This document shows positions 10,702-23,771 of a DNA stretch of 64,000 nt, piece after piece. The notes below the pieces were generated by a model. It worked only from the letters and a program-made list of their open reading frames with translations, was not told the DNA's origin and did not search any database. Position 1 is the stretch's first letter, and each line of letters begins with the position of its first letter. Source of the stretch: Azolla caroliniana (Eukaryota > Plantae > Polypodiophyta); assembly GCA_043228905.1 (NCBI GenBank), contig JBHGNT010000017.1, forward strand, positions 10,044,001 to 10,108,000. The letters are read 5' to 3'. The position numbers and the translations under genes are program-made.

Positions 10702-13438
10702 CACAAGTTGTGGGTGTGCGAAGACTTATTAGTGAAGGACTTGTGTGGTTCTAAATCATTCAAATTGGTGATTGAACAGTCCAATAATCTGATCACAACA
10801 CTACAACCATACATATATGGCCATGTCTCGTTAAAGGAGCGTTTACCTTCCCCGATAAAGGTTGCATCTAAAAAGGTACATGTGCACTCAAGGTCATCCA
10901 AAAAGAAAGTGACGATACTGTTTGAGTCAAAGTGATCAAGTTCAACGGAAGACGAAGATGCGAGGGCAACACCAGGGGCAAATTGTCATCTAGTGTGCTT
11001 TCGTCTAACTAGAATAAAATTAGAAGAGAGATAATACAGAAAAAATTAGTGCGGAAGGGACAAGTCTCTAACCTCCCCATTACCCACACCCATCGCCCAC
11101 CTATCGATGAGAAATCTAGACGTCGACCATTGGAGATCAGGGAGCCTCGCAAACTACACGTCCAGAACTTCAAAAAGAAAATGTAGATTAATCCCCATGC
11201 AACAGTAGTACCATTCATCGTAATGGTTGATCCTTACGAGTGTTCGTGTTTAGAAGAGTTTGATGTAAGAAAACACGATCACTATAATTATTATGTCATT
11301 GGGGGATCACACTCAACAGAAGCAAGAAGGCAGTTGGTAAGAGAACATCCCACAACATACTTCTTTAAGTATGTTGAATGTAAGATTTACGTGTCCCTCA
11401 CGATAGATGAAGCAAAGTTGTTAGCTTGGGACCATAACAACGACAACAACTACCATCAAAAGATGTCATCAATAGAGTACATCCGATTTTTTCACCATGA
11501 ATACTTAGATGTCAAGCAGAGAATTGGACCAAAGATGTTTCCAACACTTCGACGTCAATGTCTTCAAGTTAGGATCGCTGTGGACGATGCATTAAAGTCT
11601 GATGGTATTTGGAAGTACGAGTCGTGGTTCCAGCTTGCCTTTAGAGATGGGCTTGTTTGGGAATTGCAAGACTAGATCTTTACATTGTGGGAAAACAAGG
11701 AGATGAAACGTCAATGACAAAAAAAAGGAAAAGTTGACCCACAACTAGAGTTGAAGTCAACCTCAGCAAAAAAGATTGATCTAACCATCGAGGAAGCAGC
11801 GGACGACATGAAGCTGACACCATGGAGAGCCATGCAAGGTATAAAAGAAGAGCAACTACTGTGTTTGTCTTGTCTAGAGTCGTGGCGAAAGAGCTAAGCT
11901 TAGAAGAAATGGCTGCAGAGTTCAACAAGTAAGCCTAATACTTTTGTTTTGAATACATGTTTTGTCTTCTTTTAATTCATAAGTGCTAATTGCTGTTTAT
12001 GCTTTACTAGTCACAAGGTGTATATGAAAATTTAGGAGGTGATGATGAAGCAACTTGGTTGCTTAACATGGGCACGAGTGACTGAAGAGTATCTGATTAT
12101 GTCTTCATACAAAGCACTATTGGAGTATTTTATTGCTTTTTAGGATTGGGTTAGTATTACATATTTGATATTTTCCATTCTATTTTATTATATATTTGAA
12201 GAATAAGTATGAGTTACTTCTGTTGTTGTTTCACATAGAAACCATGTCGTAGCAAGAAGCCTAGATGATGACGGAACTTTCAAGAAGTTCTGCCACAGAA
12301 AGGATATCACCCAAGAATTGTATTATAATGTGTATTGCAATGATGTGGCGGAGATGATCGAAAAGTTGCCAAAGAAAGGAGTACACCTTACTCGTTGCAG
12401 ATATTCCATACAGATTCCATATGGCTTGATCTTCTTATGATGATGAACCATTTAGGTTCAAACAATTGGCAAAAATGGTGAAGGATTTCACGGAATTGAC
12501 CACAACGAGCTTGTGGAGAATAGTGGTCTTTCATAGTATGGACCAAGGATATTCTGTGGCTCAAGCGTTGAGATCTCATTTTCATGGTGTAGAGAACCTT
12601 GCTTGGTAAGGCTTATACAACGACTAATTCAATTTTGGTTGCATTTCAATTCTTGTCAGTTTATGTAACTAATACTTGAGTCTGTGTCTTTTGGTTTCTT
12701 TTTGTCATTTATAGGATCAAAACCAACATTAATAGAGGACCAACCTTTCGGTTTGTCAATGCTATTGAATACATAACTGTTGGTTATTATGATGAAATAG
12801 AGAAGCAAAGGATTAAGGAACATTCAAATGAGGTCAGAGATTCAAATCTGTTAGTGTACCCAGCAATTACGCGGAAATTGAGACATGTCACGACGACTGA
12901 ACGTGGCCTAGTCAATCCTTACCAAAAGCCCCAATGACTCATGATGCGCCTTATAAAAATGTTCTCTAAAGAAGGAGATTGGATTTTAGATTTGTTTTCT
13001 GGCACGAGTATGTTCTTAGACTGCTCTACAAAAGTATATACTTATTGGTTGTCTAATTGAAGTTATGATCTTATTATTTTCGTGATAGGTACGACATCTA
13101 CATTTGCCTTGAAATTTTTTCGGAATACGGTTGCATTGGAGAAAGAAGAGGAGCAAGTATGTTTCATTAATATGCGGATTAAAGCCTTATGGGAGTGCCC
13201 AGATCAAGACGAGGAGGTAGGGGCAAAGCATATTGTGGATACGAAACGGTTTCAAGTTGCCTCTTGCGAGCCTATTCCTCCCTTGGATGGTGAATCTAGG
13301 GAGCTTATAGAACTAGATGATGATCTTTTGGAGGACCCCACCATAGCCATTCTAACTGGTGTGGATGCCGATGCACAAAATTCTGAGGACAGTTCTCAAA
13401 AGGAAGACGAAGAGAATGATGAACTTATAGCAATGTAA
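10702..13438 (+). pseudogene. Decayed multi-exon gene: ParB/Srx-like domain fused to a beta-class N6-adenine/N4-cytosine DNA methyltransferase (copy 1)
   Basis: ParB-like YYVIGGSHSTEARRQL...LTIDEAKLLAWDHN...KMSSIE (11223-11675). MTase motifs: CNDVAEMIEKLPK/YTLLVADIPY (DIPY 12400-12411), LAW|IKTN, AIEYITVGY, VNPYQKP, RLIKMFSKEGDWILDLFSGT|STTSTFALKFFRNTVALEKEEEQ. GT-AG introns at about 11929-12010, 12150-12238, 12606-12714 and 13008-13088. Several stops and frameshifts. Confidence 0.8.
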
Positions 13439-14329
13439 TGAATTTTGTATTTTGTAAAAAACTTTGTAATCAAAGTTTTTATTCTCTTTAAAGTAAGTTT
13501 GATTCCATGTTTACATTGTTTTTTAAAATATGTCTACTGATGTTTATATTGTTACATTTGTGTTGTTGCTATCAACGTTATAACATTACTAAGTGTTACT
13601 AAGCTACATGTGTTAATCGATGTACTTGTCATAATCGTTTTAATCCAAGCTTCACTTACACCCACCTTACATTTGGGGGTGTGACCATAATGAGTGTCCA
13701 AGTATATCCATTATATGATACGTGTGTATGGGTGTCCTCTCTCATAGGTGTGTATTGGGGAAACTCTCTCATGGGTGTGTATATCGGGCAAAATTCAATA
13801 AGTATTCGAGTGCATAACACATAATCACTAGCTATAGCTATCACTTCCATTTCTTCTCCCTACACCTCCACACAATGGTTAAACCTAGAGATCAATTGTT
13901 GTATAGGCCATGTTCATAGTCTATAATTTAACTACATTTTATGTCTAAAGATAATGATTTTCACAACATGTCAACCAACTTTGCGAATTGCACAGTCTGA
14001 AAGTTTAACAATTGTCAATTGAATAAAGAATTGTCATATGATATTATTTTAAATAAGTTTCGAATTTGGAGATCATCAACTTTAACAATGTTCAAAACAT
14101 ACATGTTTTTTACTTTGAAACTTGTTAAATATTAATAATTGAGCAAATTCTATGTGGGTTGACGAACATGTGACACTGGTGTAAGAAGTTTCTTTATATT
14201 GCATAAATTTGCACAATTGTGAAAGAAATCTAAAAGTAGAATGCACGATCCTTCCACTTTTGAATGCGAACGTGTTAGAATTGGATTTCTAGTCCTGGAG
14301 CAAAGGTGTCGCCGCATGAGTTATACTTC

Positions 14330-14486
14330 GGGATGGCCGAAAGGATGAACTAGACTATGATGGAGAGAGTTCGATGTATGTTGGCACATGCTAAGTTGTC
14401 GAAAACCTTTTGGGCTAGGCGATAATGATGGTTGTTTACGTTATAAACAGATCTCCTTGAATACCCTTAGATGGTGATATCCCACA
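14330..14486 (+). mobile_element. Old Tork/Tnt1-like Copia, integrase fragment (part 1 of 3)
   Basis: GMAERMN*TMMERVRCMLAHAKLSKTFWA...INRSP*IPLDGDIP, which continues at 29981 (RVWTGKDVSY). Confidence 0.85.
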
Positions 14487-14984
14487 TGTTACCCGTTACT
14501 TTGGGTGACACCTTCGATAGACCTGAGGTTATCGGTAGCAAAGGATGTGTTATGTGAAGGCTCGTAAATAGAGGTGTCGTGAGGTAGAAAATAATCCGAG
14601 ATGGAACACTAGTGAGATCTTGATAGGCGTGGACAACGCTTAATTCAGAAACATGAGAGAAAACACAGACTCATGGAGCAAGATGGGCACAATAACAAAT
14701 ATGTATTAATGCGACAGCAAAAGGGTTACAGAGCGCGGCCTACGGCCGGTGACCTTACAATAGTATCTAATTACAATGGAATTTGCTAGTGCTTCCGCCT
14801 ATACTTTTTCTCTCTCCCCTCTGAGGTACTCGACCTTGTTTAAATAACGTTTCCCCTAATACATAGCCGAGCCGTCGGTGGCCCATGATACTCGGACTCG
14901 GCGCTCGCTAGCGTTCTTTCCTACTCGGTTACACTACCGCCGTTTGCTAATTTCCTAATTTACATTTCTGTCCTTTGCACAACA
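14487..14984 (-). repeat. 3' LTR of G2
   Basis: TGTTACCC...ACAACA on +, direct repeat of 29485-29980. Confidence 0.95.
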
Positions 14985-14986
14985 CC

Positions 14987-15028
14987 TGGCACGCTGTGGG
15001 ACAGGACCTTGTCCGTCGAACCCACGAC
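14987..15028 (-). other. tRNA-Arg 3'-half-like sequence with inserted hairpin at the PPT position of G2
   Basis: The minus strand reads GTCGTGGGTTCGA[CGGACAAGGTCCT]GTCCCACAGCGTGCCA, then 2 nt, then the LTR TG. Confidence 0.8.
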
Positions 15029-15195
15029 TTACAAAATACTAACAACATTACAAAAATTGCCTTTTAGGCGTGATCCTCGTTTCATTCCTCTTCTAAGATG
15101 TCGAGGATGTTTTTGGGGTCCGGGGTGGTGGCAGGGTGGTCTAGTTGGACTGTTGGTGCGGGGGGTTGAGTTTGATCTGGGGGTGTCATATCCTC

Positions 15196-18176
15196 TCAGG
15201 TGCCCGCCTCAGGTGCAACCGATTCGTCTGGTGGTGGTGTGGGTTCGAGGGGGCTGACCTCTACTTCGACTGGATCTGGTACCGTGTGGGCGTCCTCGGG
15301 AGGTCTGTTGGCCGGGGCGAGTTCCTTTTGTGCCGTGTCCGTGATCTCCTCATTGGGAGGTTCTTCCTTCTGCTCGGTGGCCGTTGGAGGGCTGGTTGGG
15401 ATGGCTGCGAGTCGTTCTCGTTCGAGGGCTTCTGCTTCCAGGCGAAACAACATCTGATCGTCATTGAAATCCTCCAGCATTTGCTCGATTTCCGCGGTGT
15501 GAGATTTCGCCAAGGACTGGTAATCCTCGGTTAAATCTGCACGGAGGTTTTGTATGCTGGCTTCGTCCATTTTGTAAAAGCCGCGGCCCTCCTTCTGTCG
15601 GTTCTCGGCGTTGGCGCGTAAAATATGCAATTTGGTAGCTTGGGCTGCCCATTCTTCTCCTGCGTGACTTAATGTTTCCTCAACCTTTTTGATGAGGTAC
15701 TGGCGTTGTTTCTCGATCAGTATTTTGATGCATGTCTCATCCATGCCGGGCTGTGCTCGGACGGCTGCCAATTCCTCTTTTAAGCCGTTGACCTCGGCCT
15801 GAAGCTTCTTTGCGAGTAGTTCATAGGTGGCTTGAGTGTTCTTTGCGTCCGTGGTTACGAGCTGGATAGACTGCTCGTAATGCTTGGTGAGCTCTTCGGT
15901 AGCTTTCTCCCATTCTTTTTGACACACGGCCCGGACTTGTTCTCGTTCGACGATTATCTCTTCTTGTAGGGCGAGGTAGGAATCAGATAATTCGTCTTTT
16001 TGCTCCGAAAGTAGCTTGCATTTGATGAAAAACTCGTCAGCCATTTCTTTAAGGGTCGTACGCTGACTTCGCAGCTCGGCATTCTCCGCGATCATTCTCT
16101 CCTCCCGTTGGCGATTTCTTTCCTCCTGTCGGTGGTTCCAATATTTCGCATTGTCGAGCGCGGCCTGTAGGTCTAGGACCTCCTTCTCTTTCTCTGCCAC
16201 TATGGCCGTGTATTCCTCCAGCTTGCTTTTGAGTTCTGCTTCTTTGCCCGCGGCTTGTGCTTGTACCCAGCCCAGTGCTTCGTTCTGCTCGTGTATCCTT
16301 TGGTCGGCCTGGGCTCTAATCTCGGCCATCCGTTTGGAAGCTTCTTCTTTGAAGCGAGCCATGGCCTCTTGATGTCGTTGTTCGTGTCTCTCGGTCCGCC
16401 GTTGTTCTTCTTTAAGCTCCGCTCGGTAATCCCGGAGCGGGGGTTCTGTCTGGGTTGCCACCTCCTTGGGTGGACAACGGGGTGGTGTCTCGGTCTTCTC
16501 CATGGGCGTGGCCGCCTCGGTTGTTGTGCAGGCATCGACCATTTGTAATGAGTCCGTTAGTGTGCTGGCCTGGATCGTCAGGATTGAATCCGTGACGGTG
16601 CTTTCATCTATCATTGTTATGCATGGAGGGGCTAGGAGGGCCTCGGTGGTCGTGGCCGGAAGGCTCAAGAGTTGTTGTTCTGCCCGGTTTTGCTCCCAGG
16701 CTGCCAGTTTCCGTTTCGCAGCGTGCCATATCTCCGTAGCCACCTTAGCCTGTTTTTGGGCTGTTTTTATCTTTCGGGCCATGTCTTTGGCTGCCCGCGT
16801 AGTGCGATCCAGGTCCCTATATGCCTCGATGAGGGCCGTGTTCAACTCGGGGACCTCCATGAGGAGAGCGGCCTGTTTTGCCTGGTTCTTCCTCCCTATT
16901 TTTTGTAAAGCCCTGTCGTCCTTGGGCTCAATTTCACCTAATAGCGCGCGTTGAATCATTTTTGTTTCGGCGTGCTCTTCCGCCATTCGAGCGGCTGCCG
17001 CGACTTGGGCTCTGGCGAGGAAGTCGACCAGCTCGAATGTCGTACCGAGGCGTAGGAGCGCACTAAATTTGTATGCCTCCGTGGGGAGGTCTTTATAACC
17101 GAGGACTTCATCCTTCGAGATCTGCATTGTCTGCCCATGCTCGATCTTTCCCTGGTTCAGCGATGCCTCCATAGGGATGATGGCCAGGTTGCTCTAGCTG
17201 ACAACTAAGGCTTGCTCCTATTGTGGCTCTTTCTATTCTGCCGAGGACTCGCGGTTGAGTCGTCTTTTCTTGCTCGACTGGGTTTGGGGTTCCGGGGCCG
17301 GTGGTGTCGTTTCCTCCGCCTGCTTCCTTTTCTGGGGTCGTGGTGGTGCTGTCTGTTGTGTGTTGGGGTGTGGGCTAGGCTCTGGGGGAGTTACCGAGGG
17401 ACGCAGCGTTGGTTGTCGAATGGTGACATCGTCTGCCGTGTTATCCTCCGTGGCTGTCTCCTCCTCCCATTCTTGGCAGGTCTCGGGAACTGCCCTGTTT
17501 TGTTGGGGTTGGGTGGTGGTGGTGCCGATGCGGGGTTTTGGTCGGCGGCAGGAGGTGAAGGCGGTGTGGGCTCCTCCCATGCTTCGTGGCTGATGGCAAC
17601 CAATTTCTCTCTCTACCTTCGTGGTGGTGGTGGGGACGTGAGTGTCCGAGGGGAAGGAAGAGAAGAGGGTGGGTATAGAACCGTCAAAAAGTGGGTAAGA
17701 ACAGACAACATCTTCTTACCTGACTGGAATGAGGCTAAGGCGGCGCAGAGTCCTTCGCCTGTGATGATTCCCCAAGAGACTCTGTTTCCTTCATATGCGC
17801 TGATGATGATGGCTGCCTTGTTCTGCGGCATGCTCGTCGGGTTCGTATGCACGAACGCATACTTCATCAATATACAAGCAATCTCCCCGAAAGCTCTGTT
17901 GGGACCGCCATACGTGCGATATGCCTTCCCTGAGGCTGCGTACTCACCGAAGTACTCTTTCAGCTTCGATGCCGGGGATATGTCAACCTCATGGTCCCCT
18001 CCCCGTTGCAGGTCCAAAGCCGCCCGAAGCACGTTGTTGGTGATGGCTTCGGGACAAATACATCTAGCCACTCCTTGGGCATCCGGGTGCGCGGGGGCAT
18101 CGATGATCTTCAGGTAACCGCCCATTCCTCGTTCCTGGAGCCAGGCGCGGGTTTCTGTTGAAGCGGTAAGAGGCAT
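15196..18176 (-). pseudogene. Extra coiled-coil ORF of G2 (broken into 17613-18176 and 15196-17172)
   Basis: Shares N- and C-terminal motifs with the G1 ORF 7245-10043. Confidence 0.85.
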
Positions 18177-18692
18177 GGTGGAGATGGAGATGGGGTTTGA
18201 CTGTGTGGAAGAGTGAGGAAGAGTGATGAGGCGAGGGCGAGACAGAGGAGGAACAACAGGAAGGGGAAGCTCGCAGAGGGGCTATGAGAGCGAAAGAGGG
18301 CTTGAGAGCAAGAGCGTTTAGAGTGATGAGAGCGAGAAGGGGCTTCTGAGCTTGAGAGCGATGGAGGTTGGGAGCGATAATGAACTTCTGTGTATGTGCT
18401 GCGTTTTGGAAACGGTTTTAGTAACTTACTCCTAGGGTTTTGTGCCCGAAGCGAATCTTGAAGATTCTGAGTCGTGGGTGCCATAATAAGTGACTAGCGC
18501 CACGTGTCCTGAAGGTGAGTGGGGTGCTTCGAGTGCTTTGCATGTGCTTAAATAGGTACTAAATGAGAGGTGGCTAGGGGTGCTCCTAAATTGTGGGTGC
18601 CTTGGTGGGTGGTGTAGGTGTAGCTAATTGGCGGCTAAACTATGGTTAATCCTACCTACTTTATTAATTTCAAAAAGGTGGGTGAGTCCTTA

Positions 18693-19021
18693 TTAAGGGG
18701 AACACGTGGCCTCCTCCGTGGTGGTCTCCCGAAACTCGTTTGTGCCGTGTGGCTCGGTAAACGGGTTGGGTGGTGTAGTGCCTCGATATGGTCGAAGTCG
18801 GAAACCATTGGCCCAACTTTTGACAGTGTCGCCAGCGAGTGTGCCGAACTGGAACGTCCCGTTGAACTCGTCGATAATCCAGAATGGACCGGTCCACCGA
18901 AATCTTAATTTTCCCGGCATTGACCCGAGTCGTGTTTGAAAAAGAAGAACCGGTTTGCTGATGGTGAGCTCCTTCTCCAGCCCGTTTCGATGTCGATCCA
19001 CAAAAGCCTTGCGTTGTCGTT
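18693..19021 (-). pseudogene. pol: C-terminus of G2 integrase (downstream of the Copia insertion)
   Basis: RKAFVDRHR...PVLLFQTRLGSMPGKLRFRWTGPFWI, nearly identical to the G1 integrase tail. Confidence 0.9.
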
Positions 19022-19082
19022 TGTTGGGATTTCGGTCCCTCCGGATGGGATGTCCGGAGATGAATGACGGCAAGCCCGGTTG

Positions 19083-19233
19083 CGGCTACGGAGCCGGATG
19101 ATGAGGACCCCGGCTACGGAGCCGGATGATGAGGACCCCGGCTACGGAGCCGGATGATGAAGACCCTGGCTACGGAGCCGGATGATGAAGACCCCGGCTA
19201 CGGAGCCGGATGATGAAGACCCCGGTTACGGAG
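19083..19233 (+). repeat. 28-bp tandem array in U3 of the Copia 5' LTR (5 units plus a partial; 3 units plus a partial in the 3' LTR)
   Basis: Unit CGGCTACGGAGCCGGATGATGARGACCC. The LTR length difference, 643 versus 587 bp, equals 2 units. Confidence 0.95.
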
Positions 19234-19694
19234 ATCCGGAGTCGGGGACATATTTGTGAATATGTTTGCCAAGAGCCCTTGAGGCTATATTTGTAAATAG
19301 CCCGAAAGTCATATGTGTATAAATATGACTTAGGGCAAACAGTTTATGTTGTTGCTCATTTTCATGAGAAATGAGAGCAGCCGAGAGAGAGAGAGAGACG
19401 AAGAGGTCGTTGCCTCTGTGTATTACCGCCGCCTGTGGCGAAGACAGTGAGCTCAAGGTTGTTGCCTTGTAGCTTCACCATTGTACATCCCTGTTCATAG
19501 TGATAGTTGGAGTTTGAGGACTCCCGTGGTTTTTCCCATTTAGGGTTTTCCACGTAAAACACTCTGTGTACTCTTCTCTCTCTATTGTCTTCGTGAATTT
19601 TGTATTTCCTGTTTTCTGGAGTTGATCCTATTCCTCGGTTGTGGCCGAGCACTGTTTTTCAACAAGTGGTATCAGAGCGACGGTAACACAGAAA

Positions 19695-22600
19695 ATGGAA
19701 GGCGGCAGCAGCGGGCAGCCGGGGATGATGGTGCTGAACGCGCAGAACTACGCCGACTGGAAGATAAAGATGGAAGATCTGCTCATTGTTCGGGATCTGT
19801 ATGAACCGATCGACAGGTCGGAAATACCCAAGGGAGTACTTGAGACGGAGTGGAGGCTTCTGAACCGGAAAGCCGTTGCAACCATTCGGCAATACGTCGA
19901 CGTGAGCGTTCTACAACACGTGGCGAACGACACCAACGCATATGAGATGTGGAGGAAGCTGTCGGGCCTCTACGAGAGGAAGAATGCGTTGAACCGGACC
20001 TCCCTGATGAGAAAGATAGTGAACCTCAAGTACCGGGACGGCGAGAGTATGGTGGAACACGTAAGCACGTTCATGGGATTCGTGAACCAGCTTGCGGCGA
20101 TCAAGTTCCCGTTGGAGGATGCAATGCAAGCCATCATCCTGATGTGTACATTGCCGGACAGCTGGGAGAACTTGGTGGTGACTCTCAGCACCTCCTGCGC
20201 CGAAGATAACTTGTCCCTACAAACGGTAAAGACAAGTATTTTGAACGAAGAAGCGCGTCGGAGAGATAAAGAACCGGTTTCTGATCAGAAGATGCTGCTT
20301 ACCGAATCGGATCGGGGAAGACAATGGAACCGGAGTCCGCAAAGACGGGAGAAGTCGGGGACCCGGTCGCAGTCAAGAGGAAGGCCAACATGCTTCCATT
20401 GTGGGAAGCCGGGGCACTTCCGGAAGAATTGTCGGCATTACCGAAAGGACAACGGAGCCGACGACACCGATTCGAAGAAGTCACCGGAGAGAAACGGTGC
20501 ATACCGGGGAGCCACGGACCGGAGAGGTCCGGATCGGCGAGGGCAGGACCGGAAAGGAACGACGGCACTCGCGGCAAGTGAGGAAGAAATCATGCTCATT
20601 ACCGAAGAGAGGGAGCTGAACCTTGCCGGCGATGAGACGACCTGGGTGGTCGATTCCGGAGCGTCGTTCCACCTGACCCCGGAGAAGAAATACTTCTCAT
20701 CCTACACAACCGGTGAGTACGACTGTGTCCGGATGGGAAATGAAGGCACATGCCAGATTGCCGGCATAGGAGACGTGTGGCTGTTGACATCAACCGGATG
20801 CAAGATGCTGTTGAAGGATGTGCGACACGTTCCGGAGGTCCGATTGAACCTGATCTCGGCCAAGAGGCTGGATGATGAAGGCTACACGGGTAGCATCCGG
20901 AACGGTGTCATGAAGTTCAGCAAGGGGAGCCTGATAGTGGCTCAGGCCCGGAAGGTCAACACCCTGTACCTGATGAATTCCCGGCTATGTCCGGAGGAGC
21001 TGAACGTGGCAGCCGACACTGCCGGTGAGCTGTGGCACAAGAGACTGTGCCACATGAGCGAGAAGGGGATGAAGAGGCTTGCAGAAGACAACCTCATTCC
21101 AGTGAAGCATGTGCATCAGGAGAAGTGCACCGATTGCCTGGCCGGTAAGCAGAACCGAACCTCCTTCCACTCAAGGCCACCGACGAGACGTTGCGCACCA
21201 TTGGAGTTGTTGCACACGGATGTGTGTCAGGTAGAAACGAAGTCACATGGCGGAGCCCAGTACTTCGTGACTTTCATTGATGATCACAGCCGGAAGCTGT
21301 GGACGGCGCCGTTGAAGACAAAGGACCAAGTGTTGTCCGTCTTCAAAGAACTCCACGCGAGAGTGGAAAGGGAATCCGGCAAGAAGCTGAAAGCGATACG
21401 AGCGGATAACGGAGGGGAATACCGGGGGCAGTTCCAGTCGTACTGTCGCTCGAAGGGAATCCGGCTCGAGTTTACTGTGCCGAAGACGCCGGAACTGAAC
21501 GGGCTGGCCGAGAGGATGAACCGGACCATAATGGAGAGGGTCCGGAGTATGCTAGCGCATGCGAAATTACCCAAGGGGTTTTGGGCTGAGGCGATGTCGA
21601 CGGCGACATACGTGATAAATAGATCACCCTCAGTACCTCTGGACGGAGACACACCGCAGAAAGTGTGGACCGGTAAGGAAGTGTCCTACCGGCATCTGAA
21701 GGTGTTCGGGTGTCTCGCATACGTGCATGTGGCAAAGGACCGGAGAGGAAAGCTAGATCCAAAGACCCGGCCATGCATATTCCTCGGTTACGGCGACGAC
21801 GAGTTCGGCTACCGAGTATGGGACCCGGTCGACATGAAGATATTCAGGAGTCGAGATATCATCTTCATGGAGGACAAGACACTCGCCGACTGGGAGTCGG
21901 AGAAGAAGATGAAGAGCTCCAAGTCGACCGGTGAGGATAAACTCTACGAGGAGCAGTCCCGACCGGCAAGGGACCGGTTAGCACTCGAGGATCCGGCCGA
22001 AGACGGTGAAGAAACAGAACCGGCCGAAGAAGATGAAAATGATACCGGAACCGGCCCCGATCCCGAAATGGATTCGGATGAAGAAGAAGAATCGGAAGAA
22101 CCGGTTACCGAAGCTCCCGAACGGAGATATCCCCTAAGAGAGAGGAGGGCCCCCCGGAGATTTCCGGATCCAGAGCACGTGCTGCTAACCGACGAGAGAG
22201 AACCGGAGAGTTTTGAAGAAGCAAAGCACGACACCCAGAGCCGCAGGTGGTTGAGTGCCATGCAGGACGAAATGGATTCCCTGCATGAGAACCACACATA
22301 TGAACTTGTGGAGTTGCCGAAAGGAAAGCGGGCGCTTCGAAACAAGTGGGTGTTCAAGCTGAAACCGGGAGATGCCGGAAACCCCCCGAGATACAAAGCC
22401 AGGATCGTGGTGAAGGGGTTTCAGCAGAAGAAGGGCGTCGACTTCGACGAGATATTTGCCCCGGTAGTGAAGATGACCTCCATCCGGACGGTGCTGAGCA
22501 TAGCGGCAAGCATGGACCTCGAGGTAGAACAGATGGACGTGAAGACGGCATTCCTTCACGGTGACCTCGATGAAGAGATCTACATGCAGCAACCGGAAGG

Positions 22601-23771
22601 ATTCGAGAAGAAAGGGAAGGAGCACCTGGTATGCCGGTTGAAGAAGAGCCTTTACGGACTGAAGCAGGCTCCCCGGCAATGGTACCGGAAGTTCGACTCC
22701 TTCATGACCGACGAAGGGTACCTCAAAACGCAGTCCGACCACTGCGTGTTTGTGAAGAAGTTCGAAGGAGGAGACTTTCTAATACTCCTCCTGTACGTGG
22801 ACGACATGTTGATCGTCGGACGGGACCAGGTCAAGATACGGATGCTGAAGAAAGCACTTCACCGAACCTTCTCAATGAAGGACTTGGGTCCGGCGAGACA
22901 AATACTAGGGATGCACATCATCCGGGACCGGAAGAAGAAGCAGTTGTGGCTGTCACAGGAGAAGTACGTGACAAAGGTGCTTAAACGGTTCAACATGTCG
23001 GAAGCAAGACCGGTCGGATCGACCCTCCCGGCAAACTGCAAGCTGTCCAGCAAGCAAAGTCCCAAGACAAAGGCTGAAAAGGAGGATATGATGAAAGTAC
23101 CGTATGCCTCAGCCGTCGGGAGCTTGATGTACGCCATGGTGTGTACGAGACCGGACATCGGATATGCAGTCGGAGTGGTAAGCCGGTACATGAGCAATCC
23201 CGGCAAAGAGCATTGGAACGCGGCCAAGTGGATACTCTGATACCTGAAGGTCACGGCAGACGTGTGCCTCCGATTCTGCTCCGGTAAGCCCGAACTCGAC
23301 GGCTTCACCGATTCGGATATGTCGGCTGATGCAGATACCAGCCGGTCCACATCAGGGTATGTGATGACGTATGCAGGGGGAGCTGTTTCGTGGCAGTCGA
23401 GGCTGCAGAAGACGGTTGCGTTGTCAACCACGGAGGCGGAGTACATGGCGGCTATTGAAGCCGGCAAGGAAATAATATGGATGAAGGACTTCATTAGAGA
23501 GCTCGGTATCCGGCAGGAGGAGTACCGACTCTACTGCGACAGTCAGAGTGCCATCCACCTTGCGAAGAACGCGGCCTATCACTCCCGGACGAAGCACATC
23601 CAGCGAAGATATCACTGGATCCGGGAAAGGATAGAAGACCAGGAGTTCGTGCTGACAAAGATCCACACGGACGAGAACGGCTCAGATATGCTGACCAAAG
23701 TGCTCACACCCGACAAGCTGGAAGCATGCCGGAAGAGGATCGGATTGGAGAGACATCCCATGCCGAAGTGA
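19695..23771 (+). pseudogene. gag-pol: Copia gag-pol polyprotein with a single nonsense codon (TGA 23238-23240)
   Basis: CFHCGKPGHFRKNC, WVVDSGAS, LWHKRLCH, TFIDD, ADNGGEY, QMDVKTAFLHG, LYVDDM, GFTDSD, TTEAEY. KWIL*YL implies CGA>TGA, and the frame continues to 23771. Confidence 0.95.

Noticed and set aside
11095-13438. Bacterial or phage contamination as the source of the methyltransferase
   Set aside because: It has spliceosomal GT-AG introns, is interrupted by a plant Gypsy with a perfect TSD, and has a second copy in the window.
13720-13795. Short CTCTCTCATRGGTGTGTAT repeats as the terminus of the MTase-bearing element
   Set aside because: Only two to three short units and no TIR or TSD identifiable.
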